Below, one piece after another: positions 38,401 to 51,500 of a stretch of DNA of 64,000 bases (positions are counted from its first letter, which is position 1; each line of letters opens with the position of its first letter). Origin of the DNA: Adineta vaga (Eukaryota; Animalia; Rotifera). The stretch is from positions 186,001-250,000 of the forward strand of contig CP075493.1 in NCBI GenBank assembly GCA_021613535.1, written 5' to 3'. Below the pieces are notes generated by a model that made no database searches, was not told the origin of the DNA, and saw nothing but the letters and a program-made list of their open reading frames with translations. The position numbers were made by a program, and so were the translations under genes.

Positions 38401-41400
38401 AATAAACCTTATTAATTTTAATATACCTTTGATTCCATAAACCCTTGGAATGAAAAACCTTTTAAGGTTTGTAACATGGTCTGAAACCCTTCAAGGGTTT
38501 ATGGATGCGAAGATAGCGAGTGAGAGTTTTGTGTTCTACCATTATTTTTTACAGTGTACGAATTCAGTAAGAACCGGAGCCATTTTATCATCATGAATAG
38601 CAACCATGATGGGCTAGAAAACTAGTCAGAAAAGAACTTCGGAAAATGCTGTCTTCAGGCCTCTTGTCAACTATACACGATTCTCCAATGTCCGAAAGGT
38701 ACTTTTTGATGACTTTTTCGTTTACTAAAATACTCTGGTTTATCATAAAAATATCATATTCGAAATCAGCAGAGGCTGTGAGGGTGAAGGTGAGAGTAAA
38801 AATAGGAATGAGGGCACCGGAAAGACACCCACAAGAAAACACTGCAGATCACAAATATAGACTTTTTTGTCAGTAATACTTCCCAGTATAGCAGTAATAT
38901 ATTCTACAGAATCAAATAATCGATTAGTAGTTAATGTACAGAATTGAGACACTATTCAATAGCCATCAGATTCATTATTTAAGTCAGCGTTTATCTTATG
39001 TGTGTATGTCAAGATTGAGCTCACTGTCCAGGTAGGAATTGTTCGAAAAATGACTTAAAATGAGTAGATTTATTAATAGCTCTAAGCTTTCAAAACCTGA
39101 ACAAAACACTATGAATTTAGCACCAAAACGTTCGTCTCAACATGTTCATTCTAATGACATAAAATTCAATAGGGTTTTAGAAAAGAAAATACAAAGGGTC
39201 GATTCACTGTCTTATATACCCCCTCCTTTTATGAACTCATCCGTCATATAGAAAGCGGTCAATAAAGTTCACTGATCAGTTCGGCTATATGTAATTATTG
39301 TTAGAAAGAAACTTTGGAACACTTTATAGAAAACTGATCGATTCTTAAACCTCGAATTTCTATTTTTATGATATATTCAATAAAACTAACTGCTCCATTA
39401 AACATATAATCATTGTATTGTGTTCGGAAATTCCAAATATATGTTCTATAGGTGACTCAAAAATGGCGATGATCACACACGAGAATATTTTGGCCATGGT
39501 TAAAGGTGAAGCTGAGCGTCGACGTCGTGAAAATATCAATATCGAGTCCAGCGATCGTCATCTTTCATTTCTACCAATGACTCATTGTTTTGAACGAACG
39601 ACCTTATTCAGTTTTTTTCTCAAAGGTGGTAAGGTTGTGTTTTGTCCGTCGGTTGATAAGGCGTTCGACTATATGGCTATAGTGAAACCTACTCACATTT
39701 GCATGGTTCCAAGAATTTTGAACAACATTTACGAGAGATTTTTGGCTCCATTAGAAGCGACGAACAGCAATAACAAATTTAGTCAGATTTCGATAGCAAA
39801 AGCTACCGCCAACGAAGATAAGTCTATTGTTAATATGGTCGACTTAACAAATTATCTTCCGATTTTTCGTCGAGTAAAACAGATGTTCGGCGGTAAAGTC
39901 AAGTCATTGTTAAGTGGTTCAGCTCCCATTGCGCCTGAAGTACTTGAATTTTTTCGTCTTGCTTTGGGCGTGTCTTTAGTGGAGGGTTACGCACAAACAG
40001 AATCCTCAGCAGCCGGCGCCTGGACTCATGTTACAGATGAGTCGAACATTGGCACGGTGGGTGTACCCATGCCGACTGTTGAAATTAAGCTGACAGATGT
40101 CGATGGAACTTCCTATAGAGCAGAGAACAATCAGGGCGAAGTAAATATTCGTGGACCAACAGTATTCAAAGGTAATTACTTAACTAAGGATCAAACAGTT
40201 AACTCGAACAATTGAGAAAGAAAATAGCTAGCTAGTAAACACTAAACTCAGCATTAATTAAAGTTTCCGTGAAATTGAAATAATCTGCAAATTAATGGAT
40301 TTATTTTAAGATTTGAAATATACAGTTCAATCGCTTTGAATAGACACTCATTAATATCGAACAATTCTTGTTGAAAATAGATATCTTCATAAAGGCATGC
40401 ATCACTCATATATGTCTACATGATCTGCTAATTCAATTATTGAATACGTAAAACTTAAAAAGCTCAACTATTTCAATTTGATAGGTCTCAAATATGTTAT
40501 GTTCCACGTAGAAATAAGATCGAACTATATTAGACAATTAACAGTAGTAATATTTTATAGATAAATTCTTTCGAAAAAGTAAATTATGGAAATGTTTGTC
40601 GAATTGACATTTGCACATGGCTTCACCATTTTGCAAGTAGCGGCCTGTCCAAACGTAACGGAATCACGGTTTTTGACTCTAATAATTCAATACCTAAATG
40701 TGAAGATGTTGGATAAGGCTGAATATGTTCACAAGTTATGTAGGTCGGGTGCCGCTATATATACCAAAAGTTCTGTAAGAATTTCAAGTTGTCGTAGACA
40801 TTCTTGTGACTGAAATATACAGGGTATCCCATAATTATAGGAAAGCTTTTGTTTTTGAAATATTTTCTGTAAGACAAATTTTATCTCGGATCTAAATTAT
40901 GGTATAAATAGCCCTTGAAATTCTCTACTAGATGCACTACATAACAAAATCAGCAATAAACCTTTAAACACAAATGTTAAAAAAATACCACGATAGCGAA
41001 ATTTTGACTTTTTTGAAATGATTGTCTAAAACTTAAAAAAACTGGCCATCTGAAAGAGTACACCATTCGGCACAAGGTACTGGTTTTCTCCAGTTCTATG
41101 TGATGTGTCATTGTACAGATATAAGGAGAAAAATATTGAAAAAAAGTGCGTTTTTCACTGAGTTTTCACGAAATTTAGCGATTTTTCGACTTTTCTTGCG
41201 GTTATATCTGTACAATGACACATCACATAGAACTGGAGAAAACCAGTACCTTGTGCCGAATGGTGTACTCTTTCAGATGGCCAGTTTTTTTAAGTTTTAG
41301 ACAATCATTTCAAAAAAGTCAAAATTTCGCTATCGTGGTATTTTTTTAACATTTGTGTTTAAAGGTTTATTGCTGATTTTGTTATGTAGTGCATCTAGTA

Positions 41401-43109
41401 GAGAATTTCAAGGGCTATTTATACCATAATTTAGATCCGAGATAAAATTTGTCTTACAGAAAATATTTCAAAAACAAAAGCTTTCCTATAATTATAGGAT
41501 AACATATATGTGCGTGACAGAATCATCAAAAAATGGCTTTGACCTTTGAATGTCGTTCGCAGAAGTGAAAAACTTGCTACAGCAAAGTGGTACCTCATAT
41601 GACGACCTATGTATTTAAAAAAGAAACCGTGAAAATGTGTTCCTAGTTTTTAGAGTAGTAAAAACCGTCGTGATAAAATCATATTTTTGTGATGGAATCA
41701 TGTTTGAAAAATAATGACGTTTACATCTTTTGTTCCCTGTAAAAATTTTAAGATAATGCCTTCCAATGCACAATGTGTTGTCATGTGATTAAATCAGCTA
41801 GGAAAAATTTCAGATTACGACTTCGTTGAAAAAACAAGTCTTTATTCTGAAAGCATCATAATATTTTATAAATAATCACTGCATCATGATTCTTCACTAG
41901 CTCTTCAATCGCTATGGAATCTGAACTATCTATATGGATAATATATATTTTTAATGCAATATGAATATCTCGATAAATTTGGGGCTGTTAGTTCACTCCA
42001 TTTGAGATATTGTTTTTTTTATAGAATTTATTCCGGATAATGCAGTGGTCTCCATGTGAAACAACAGAATACTTAGTTATAAGGGTGTGAGGCTGTGGTA
42101 TGTCCCATTTACCCACAAGCCCTCACCCACACTTACCCACAACCTGAAGGGTTTCGTAGATTTTGAAAACCATTTGTCTTGATTTGTCGCCGCATTCTGA
42201 AGCTTTTGAAATCTACGAAACACTTTTGATGGGTTTGGTCACATTACCTCTTTTTTTAGAGTACGATGTGTGCACTGTTGGATTGCTTTTTATCTACATA
42301 TGTCGTGAGAAAATACTGCATTCCATTCCATTTTCAAAATACTTATTTTTGAAGAAAACTACATCGACATTTCTTCGAGGTTTTTTTATAAATTAATCTC
42401 TGTCGTTTATAAGAGAATCGTAAGTCTGTTTCAAGATTTAGTCTTTTGTTTTGATCTGTGCTATCTAAAAGAACACTTGGTTCGCAAAAATTCACAAAAT
42501 TTCTCCACATTGAATTGAATAGGTTACTATGGAGACGAAGCAAAAACACGTGAGACCATCGATATCAATGGTTGGCTGCACACAGGTGATGTCGGCGAAT
42601 GGACATCGTCAGGAACCCTACGAATTATCGATCGATGTAAGAACATATTCAAATTGAGCAATGGCAAGTATGTAGCACCTGAACCGCTTGAACGTGTCTA
42701 CCTTCGATCTCCTTGGATAACTCAAATTTTTGTCGATGGTGATTCAGCTCAGTCAACCGTAGTTGCCATCGTCGTCCCAGATGAAGCCTACGTTGTCGGA
42801 CACTTTCATTCATCTACCACAAATAAATCCGGATCATTATTCGCATCACTCTGTCAAGATCCTCACTTGAAACAAATTATTCATATTGAACTCATTAATT
42901 TAGCCAAACATTATAATTTACATCCTTGTGAAATTGTTAGCAACATCTATCTTAGCCATGAACCATTCACACAAGCCAACGGTCTATTGACATCAACCAT
43001 GAAAATCCGTCGAACAGTCGGTCGACAACGTTTTCATGAGTTGATTAAACAACTTTATACGACGGCGGAGAGTGCCATTGTCAGCCATACAATTTTGTCG
43101 AAAATCTAA
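35449..43109 (+). CDS. Long-chain-fatty-acid--CoA ligase (ACSL-like), 3 exons, about 698 aa
   Basis: Exons 35449-36238, 39452-40171 and 42523-43109; both introns are phase-1 GT-AG. Motifs TSGTTG|DSK, SFLPMTHCFE, SGSAP, GYAQTE, VFKG|YY, GWLHTGDVG, IIDRCKNIFKLSNGKYVAPE, NGLLTSTMKIRR. The start ATG is uncertain. Confidence 0.92.
36247..36765. mobile_element. Foldback MITE, about 205-bp arms, 8 nt inside ACSL intron 1
   Basis: 36247-36453 is the reverse complement of about 36560-36765. Confidence 0.85.
37057..38556. mobile_element. Non-autonomous CACTG-terminated (EnSpm/CMC-like) element
   Basis: TA|CGCTGTAAAAAATAA ... TTATTTTTTACAGTG|TA; AACCCTT-type subterminal motifs. Confidence 0.65.
40820..41505. 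mobile_element. Tc1-like foldback with about 300-bp near-identical arms
   Basis: Left end TA|CAGGGT; about 40832-41125 is the reverse complement of about 41203-41495. Confidence 0.85.
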
Positions 43110-43339
43110 CTAATACCTGTTCTAAACTTGTTAAAAGAGATATTCACAAAAAACGATCATCCTATTACAGAAACCGGTAAAAAATACAAGAAATTCAATA
43201 GCTATCGTAGGAAACATGGCATTAAATTTATTGTTTTATTTTGAAGTCTTTCTCTATCACCTGCCTTCAGACGAACTATTAGAAATAAATAGTCGTGAGA
43301 AATAAATGAAAAGTAGAATTCAAACATGTCGGGTGCTAA

Positions 43340-44067
43340 CGGGTGGTCGGAAAGTTTTGGGACAATATGATTGCTCAATTTTTGCCCATTTGAAAATACT
43401 TCAGACGAGTCAAGATCTATGGGTTAGGAGCAGAATTCTCTGCTCTTTCATAATATGAGCTTAGAAAGTTTGTATCTATTTTTGTTCAAGAGGGGCAAAG
43501 AAATCTGTGAAAGGCTCGAAAACTTTGTTTGGACGGAAATTTTTTTCGTATATTTTTGTATTTTATCTATTGCGATTCGAAAGCAATAGTTGGAGCCTTT
43601 ATTTTTCTATGAGCTTGTAGAGCGGACTCTGGTCTACAAAATATACCGTTTGCATTTTTTTGTTTTTATGCAAGAAATCTCAAATTTCCTTTTCGTAAAA
43701 ACTCATTTTTTTGGAAAAACGAAAAATTGAGATGCCTCGTCTAAAAACAAAAACTATTCAAATGGCACATTTTGTAGCGCGGAGTTCGCTCTACAAAACT
43801 ACCGTGTCCGATATCTCTTAGCATCTTCCTAGAAGGGAATCTATTGGTTAGCAAAAAGCTATATTTGCATCTTCCAAACAAAGTTTTCGAGCCTTTCACA
43901 GATTTCTTTGCCCCTCTTGAACAAAAATAGATACAAACTTTCTAAGCTCATATTATGAAAGAGCACAGAATTCTGCTCCTAACCCATAGATCTTGACTCG
44001 TCTGAAGTATTTTCAAATGGGCAAAAAATTGAGCAAGCATATTGTCCCAAAACTTTCTCACCACCCG
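43340..44067. mobile_element. Foldback element
   Basis: CTAA|CGGGTGG ... CCACCCG|TTAA; outer arms near-identical, inner arms diverged. Confidence 0.85.
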
Positions 44068-44364
44068 TTAAAACACTCCTTTGCAGTGATATTACCCAAT
44101 TACAATTTATCATTGATTTGTCACTGATCAAGCTACCCACCATGGATGAGGGTAGGTGTGTGTAAATGCAAGAGATCGTCACCCACACGCACACCCACAC
44201 CCATCCTCGAGAGAAGAGTAAGCATTCACTGTGATACAGGGAGTGCTTCGCTGCATGTTTGTATCGCAGAAATAAATTTTCAAATAAGCATGTCAACACA
44301 GAAGAATTTATTACGCAAATCGAGTCGAGACTTCTAGTATGACCAACATATTGTTTATGCTTAG

Positions 44365-44911
44365 ATCGTAGTACTATTGTCATTGCTCATCGTTTGAGTA
44401 CGATTCAAAATGCCAATCATATCTATGTGTTAGACAATGGAAGAATTATTGAAGAAGGTAAACATGAAACTTTGATAGCCAAACATAGGAAATATGGAAC
44501 AATGATAAAAGTTCAGTAAATGACAAGAATGATTGATAAAGGTCGAGATGATCTAATGCGTATGGTAATAACTACAGCTGAAGATCAAAAACAAATATGT
44601 ATATAAAAGTTTAAATAAAAATTATTCAGATTTAGTTCAATACTTTATCTATTGTCTAGCACAACAAACCCACGCATTGATAGAAGGGGAACTTCTCACT
44701 ACAGATCAAATAAATATTGATGCACTAATATTAGAACTAAGAGTTTCTTTTGCAGAAGGATACGCCATCAGCCGAACAAAACAATATATTTCGAAGACTC
44801 TTAGCAATGAATAAATCCGAATGGGTTACTATCTTAGTTGGTTGTTCAGAATGTGGGTTGAGTGGTTTGACCCAGCCAGTATCTGCAATATTATTGACTA
44901 AAATCGTCAAT
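44365..44911 (+). pseudogene. ABCB1/P-glycoprotein-like fragment (end of NBD1, linker, start of TMD2)
   Basis: [37 protein letters not shown] followed by an in-frame TAA at about 44517; short intron; FRRLLAMNKSEWVTILVGC. No other exons found. Confidence 0.8.
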
Positions 44912-45050
44912 GTAAACATCTCATCGAGTTCTATGAAACTGTTCAACAATTAAAACTATGTTATTTTGTATGTGTAGGCATTGAGGGTGTGGGTAAAGTT
45001 ATCTCTTATTCATCCACACTCACACCCAAACGCTCACCCACACTTACATC

Positions 45051-48000
45051 TAGAGCCCGGCGGTTCCCTGAAAAATGGAACCGAGAGCCGAACCGTAACC
45101 GTTATATTTTAAGTTTTAATAACCGAGACCGGAACCGGAACCGTTAGAACCGAAAAACTAAATAACGACAACTGGTACCATCTTGTGTTTTATTATCTGC
45201 GAATAATCTTTTCGGAAAGTGATTCGTCGATCGATTTATCATCTCATACTATTGAAGAACGATGATATAGATACAGACCAACCTATCTTCTCTTTTCGTT
45301 TTTTGTCGATACGTAGTTGATATTTCATCATCTTTTGCATTGTCTGACTTTTATTATCTTTTGTATTGCATGATTTTTCTCTTTTTAATGGATCATATTC
45401 TTGTTCGGGTTTGCATTTGTTGATCTTTACTTCAATGAAGTATATATAATATTGATTTTATTTGATAAATTACTTATTATTTTTACATGTGTATGAATTT
45501 GCTTCGATTTAAATACAAATGGATGATTTATTAACAAAACAACAAATTATCGAATTGATTAAGAATCAAGATGGTCGTTTAACATTTATAAAACCAAATA
45601 ACACATCATCCTCTAAAGTTTGGTCAAACTTTAGTTATGTTTATATTGATAATCGACAACAAAATTTTGTGTGCTGCCAAATATGTAAAGAAGTTTTGCA
45701 TCACAAATCAATCAACGGTACTAGTAGTATGATCAAACACAAAAACATGTGTGAACAAGTTAAGAAAACTGTGAATCATAATTCTACTAGTACTCAACAA
45801 TATTTTCGACCTAAAGCAACTCAAACTGTTTCGAAAAAAGTGAAGGAAAAAGTCACTATTGCTGCCGTTGAATTTGTTTCATTGGATAATCGAGCGTTTG
45901 AACTACTAGCTGGTGATGGATTTGTTCATTTGGTACAAACAATATTTGAAGCTGGTCAAGATTCATATTGATCACATAATGTTAATGTTCTGAAATTATT
46001 ACCTGACTCAAGAACTGTAAGTAAACTTTTTTCTATAGAAGATTCTTATTTTGCTTTTAACTCTTGCTAGATAAGTCGGAATGTTGACAGATTATATATA
46101 TACAGGAAATCACAATTGGTGAAGTTGTGTAAAGAGATGAAATCTTATACGATTATCGTTGACTTTTGGACTGATACTTATACAGGTAAAGTATAGGTTT
46201 TCAATCCTATTGTGTACATATTTTTAAGAAAAAAAATGATTTGATACACAGAAATATGAAATTTTACCAAGGATATATCTTTTTAGGTATTCATTATGGT
46301 GAAATTGGTCTTTCACATTTGAACAATGATTTAAAATTACTAGTTTTTATTTTGGGTTGTTTTCTATACGACCGCGAGAACCAAACTGCAAATCAAATTC
46401 GAAATTTTGTTAATGCAAAACCAATGGATTTTCATTTCTCATTAGATGATAATAAATCTATTGTCTCAGATAATGAGAACAAAATGAAAGCAGCTTTCAA
46501 AGATGGATGTACACGAATTGGATGTTCAATTCATTATGTTAATAAACAATTGGAACACTGTTTTACTTCGGAAATAATTGATAAAGTTCCAGTAAAATGT
46601 GAAATTATTCAAGACATGTTTTCTCATATAAGAAAAATTGTATCCCATGTTCGACACGCACATAAACAATCAAAATTATCTCGTAAACTTCAATCGTATT
46701 CTGAAACTCAATTTAATGGAGCATTCTATACAATGAACGTTTTTCTTATAGTATTTGATGAATTAATTGGTATTTTAGATCGTAATTATTTGAACAATTA
46801 CGAATCAATTGATAAAGATTTACTTTCATACGTTTGTAAATTTTTGGAATCATTTGACGAAGCAATTACGGATTTTAGTTCAGATACAACACCAACAATA
46901 TACAAAGTGTTACCTTTTAAACAAGAATTAATAAACAACTGCAAAACTCATCCAGATGATCATGATGGTATTCAACAAATGAAAATTTTTCTAGGTAATG
47001 TATCAATCTGAAAATCTTTTATGTTTCTTGAATATAACATAGACATAAAAATATCTAAAAAATAGTAGATAAGAAAAACACTCATCTTGTATTCATTACA
47101 CAATAAATCATATCTCATAAGATCGTATATAATGAAGTAGAGATTTGTTGGTTGCATATACAATAATTTTGTTTTAAACGAACGTCTTTCTTTCTTTTTA
47201 GGAAAACGTCTTCAAGAGATTTGGATATTAAATGATGTTCATTATATTACTACACTTCTTCATCCTTCTTTCAAAAATTTTGATGTAAATCCTGATCTTC
47301 GTGAGCAAGCTATCAGTTTAGTAAAAAAAGAAATATTAAAACGTCAATCATCAATATCAAATATCAATAGTACATTGATTGTAGATACACCTGCTGATGT
47401 ATCTAAAGTTGATCATTCATTGCCAACTGCTAAAAGTCTTTTATCAAAATGTTTTGATTTACCAAAAACAAATCCAAAACTTGCATCTACACCATATAAT
47501 GAATTAGAAGAATATATTGCATTGAATTTTCATTTAAAAGAAAATGACGATATTTTATTATTTTGGTTACAAAACAAAATGAAATTCCTTGTGTTGTTGT
47601 CTATTGTACAAGATTATTATGCGATACCAGCATCAAATACGTTGGAAGAACGTTTATTTTCTTCATCAAAACGAACGATTAACGATAGGCGCACCAGTCT
47701 TGGTGCAGAAAAAATAAACAAACTTTTATTCTTGCAAAAGAATTTAAAATTACTAGAACAACTTCATACAGAATCAAATAAAGAATCTAGTACAACAAAA
47801 ATCAAACGTAATATGAGTGAAGAATCATTTAATACAACTTCAAATGTTGATCAAGAACAATTATTGGCCATGGCAACCAGCAAAAAGTTTAAGTTAATTG
47901 AAGAAGATTCGATTCTACTTTGCGATAGTGGTAAAGAAAATGATGACAATGATTTGTTTTAAAATTTATTTATTTGTGGTGTCATGCTTCGTTGCATTGA

Positions 48001-48295
48001 AATATTTCGTGTTATATAGATGTTTTCATTTTCTTTCTTTTTATAATTTAATTCGAAGAGATTGCTTTTGGATAAAACAATAAAAATGAATAATTCGAAA
48101 TAAAAAAAACAGATATTACTGATAATAGAACCCTATGCACAGTTTAATACAACATGACTAAATTAGAGCGTTTCCATCTAAATTTTTTCGGAACCGACCG
48201 TAGAACCGATTTTTTTCGATTTTGCTGACCGGAGCCGGAACCGGAGCCGCGGCTCCGGTTCGGTTCCGGGTAATTTTTGGAACCCCCGGGCTCTA
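45051..48295 (+). mobile_element. hAT transposon with an intron-containing, inactivated transposase
   Basis: 17-bp TIRs TAGAGCCCGG(C/G)GGTTCC; perfect 8-bp TSD CTTACATC; GAACCG subterminal repeats. BED finger, VDFWTD, SDNE, CSIH, ERLFS; in-frame TGA at 45969. Confidence 0.95.
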
Positions 48296-48517
48296 CTTAC
48301 ATCCACATTCTCAAGATTATGTCACTGAGATTATGCTATGTTGCGAACTGTACTAAATTAACGTTATAAGCATTCTGTACTTAATCAATACTCTAGCAGC
48401 TATTGTATTTTAATTATCTTAAGTGACAGCAAAAAGATTTCGGTTTAAGAACGATTAAATCTACTTGTCTGTTCATAGTTCCTGTGCTGTTCCTACATTT
48501 TACGAACAATCTTCAGA

Positions 48518-51500
48518 TTATTTTGGTGGTAATATTTGGTCAGAGTAGCGTTTGGAACGAAGCCAGTCAATCGTTGGTTTTAATGACTTAAAGAGACATC
48601 CATTTTCATCCATGATAAGAGCTTTCGTCACACTACTGATATGCTCGTCCAAAGCATATTCACCATCATCCCAGATATATGGACGATCGTCAGTCATTGG
48701 CACATTGATTGTAGATTTAATCGCTTCATAAACTGGCCGTGTCTTCTCAGACAGTAATGAACGGACATCGTACCCACCATTTTCCTGTATTAAGCTGGCA
48801 CGTAAATCCAAGGCTTGTATGCAAACTAGGAAACATATACTTATATGTTGGCTTAGTACGGATATAGATTTTCGAGCAAGGCATGCAGATATATGACCCA
48901 TCGAATTAATATTTTGATTATATTGTTCAGCATGAGTTGCGAATTTATCAGCTATAGGTGCGCCCAGAAATAGTAAGTATGGCATAATGGAATTGCCGGT
49001 TAGCTGAAGGGCTTTTACTCCGATATTAACTTGTCGAGCACGATTACCAACGAGACAGCCAGGTAAACCGTTGCTAAATTCAGGAGTAACCATTTGAGCA
49101 ATCTGTACATCTAAATGTTTAGCCATAAGACCTACAGCATACCGAAGTCTATCCATCGATACAGCAACATATTCACCGAGAAAATTACCGCCACCTATAT
49201 GTGATAAAAAGAGGCTATGAGATGAATTTCAATCCATATATGGCTCTAGAGAAATTTCGAGGACCCCTCTGGTATAGCACCTGAGGATTTAAGGTTCCCT
49301 TCAATACATAGTGAAACACTCCATTATGTTTTTCTACTAAGATTGTTTTCAGAGAGGGTCTACGAAAAGATGGACCTACACAGAAAACACAAAAGGTGTT
49401 CTACGAAGTCATTTTTGCAACGAAATAGAAACCCTTTTAAACATTTCGTACGAACATAACATGCTTCTATTGAACTTGTTAACAGTTCAGTAAGCTTTTT
49501 TGACGGTTTAGAATTCGTTGCAAACTGCGAAGCCCTCTAAAGTTTGCATTTGATCTAAAAAACGTTTCGAAAACGTCTTTATTTTCTACGAAACCTTTTT
49601 TTAGTACACGAAACCCTCTTTGGTTTCGATTAACACCTTTTTTGTTTTCAGTCTATTTACACATTAGCTTGCATACAAAACATTTTGGATTTTTGATTGA
49701 TATAGCTCATTCGATAGAGCTTGAAAAGTTATTCTTAGAACCAAATTTTTAGCATTTTCTGACACTCCCTTCAAGATATATGAGAGATAATCTTTACGCC
49801 ATACTCAAGTCCTACTTTGTGCAATTAGGAGATTTTCGACACTTCGAATGTGCACTTAATAAGTTCATAAAACAATATTAAAGACCATTTTGCAATGATT
49901 TCTCGCTAAAAAAATGTGTTTTTTTTCGGAGGAAAAATTTACGTGTTTTTGCGATGAAAGTCTATCAAGATAGTTCCTGCTTAAAAATCTTTTTAAATCA
50001 AAAGATAGGCCGTGAAAAACTGCATCTTTTTTTATATGAAAAAATAAGATAAAACGTCGGGAGAATTATAAAGTTTTCATTACAAAGAGAGCCATTATCA
50101 TGCATTGTTATTATAGGCTTATGATCTCGTTGATTTATGTGACATTTTTCATAGCACAGATGAATACTAACATATATACAATTTCAAATGTGTTTTTAAT
50201 GCTGAAACAACTGTATATCATCTCGGTTGAGAATGCTTCATTTCTAGTCCTAATTAGCTGTAACCACCTTCAACTTTATGCACATACATAAGGTTTCTAT
50301 GCACAACTCATCAATGCTAACTTACTCCTAACTTCTCTCATTTCTCAAAGTGATGTGCGTACTAGCATATAGAAATGATTCATATGATACATCAAGATGG
50401 ATCTTTCAGTCGTGTATGCAGCGTTTTCTCAGTTACGGAAATGAACACTCTGAGTGAATCTAGCAAAGTCGTGCCAAGTATACATCAAAGTTTTCTGAAT
50501 CAAAACGTCATATCTATTTTGGACTACAGATTCATAGAAAGAGTTTCGTTATTACCCGTATGAACTTTTCTGTGTGAACTGACTACTTCCTGCGGATATT
50601 TTAATTCGTTTCGAATAATTTCACATGTCAGGCAAGCAAAAATTGTATAGAGCGTTACAGAGCAAAGGATTTGTGTAATTCATAGTCATTAACAATTGGT
50701 TGTATATCATCGAAAGTCTGCTTCTAACTGACTCTAGGGCTCTCGCTATGCAGAAGTATGCTAAAAACTTCGAAATCTTAGTGTGTGTTGAATCGACCGT
50801 CTTGGTTATTACATCTAATGAACACTCTCTCCAGAAAAGCTCCTTCAGAATCAGTGGATGCTAATATTTATGATTGATTTTTAGGTAGTTTCTAGATGTT
50901 TTCGAAAAGGTTTCGAAGCCTGGTACTTTAAAGATTATCTTGTTTCCATTCAAATATAGGCAACCACGATCGTCTAGTGATGTGAATGAGGATTAATAAC
51001 ACTCTGTTTGCGTCTTTTTACAGATAAGCTCTCTGACCATTTTATCTGTAACAATTATCGATGATTTTTCAAAGGTTATCACCATCTCTTCCAATGTGGG
51101 CGATCAAACAATGTCGCTATTCGAAGTGGATCATCGTCAGTTACATATAAGTTCTCGTATCTTTGTATTCCAGGCAGCATCTGCCGAAGAGAAACGAACA
51201 GTGGGGAGGTACGAAAAAAAGCATAGTCGAATCAAGAGCGAGAAAACTTAGATAGTATAAGAGGAAAATGTCAAACCACGAATAATAGTCAGAATCATGA
51301 AAAACTTCATAAGATTTTCTCTCTGTTCTTATGCAAGTAGATAGTTCACAAGTCTCTAAAAATCAGCCTTGTTTGTGAGATTTATTCTGAACCTATATTA
51401 TTAATATAGCTGCATTTCTAGTATGCTGTGTTGTTTCGTAAATGTAAAGTTAGGCATGCACCGAATCGGCGAACTGTGATGCTCAGTGCATACTTATTTC

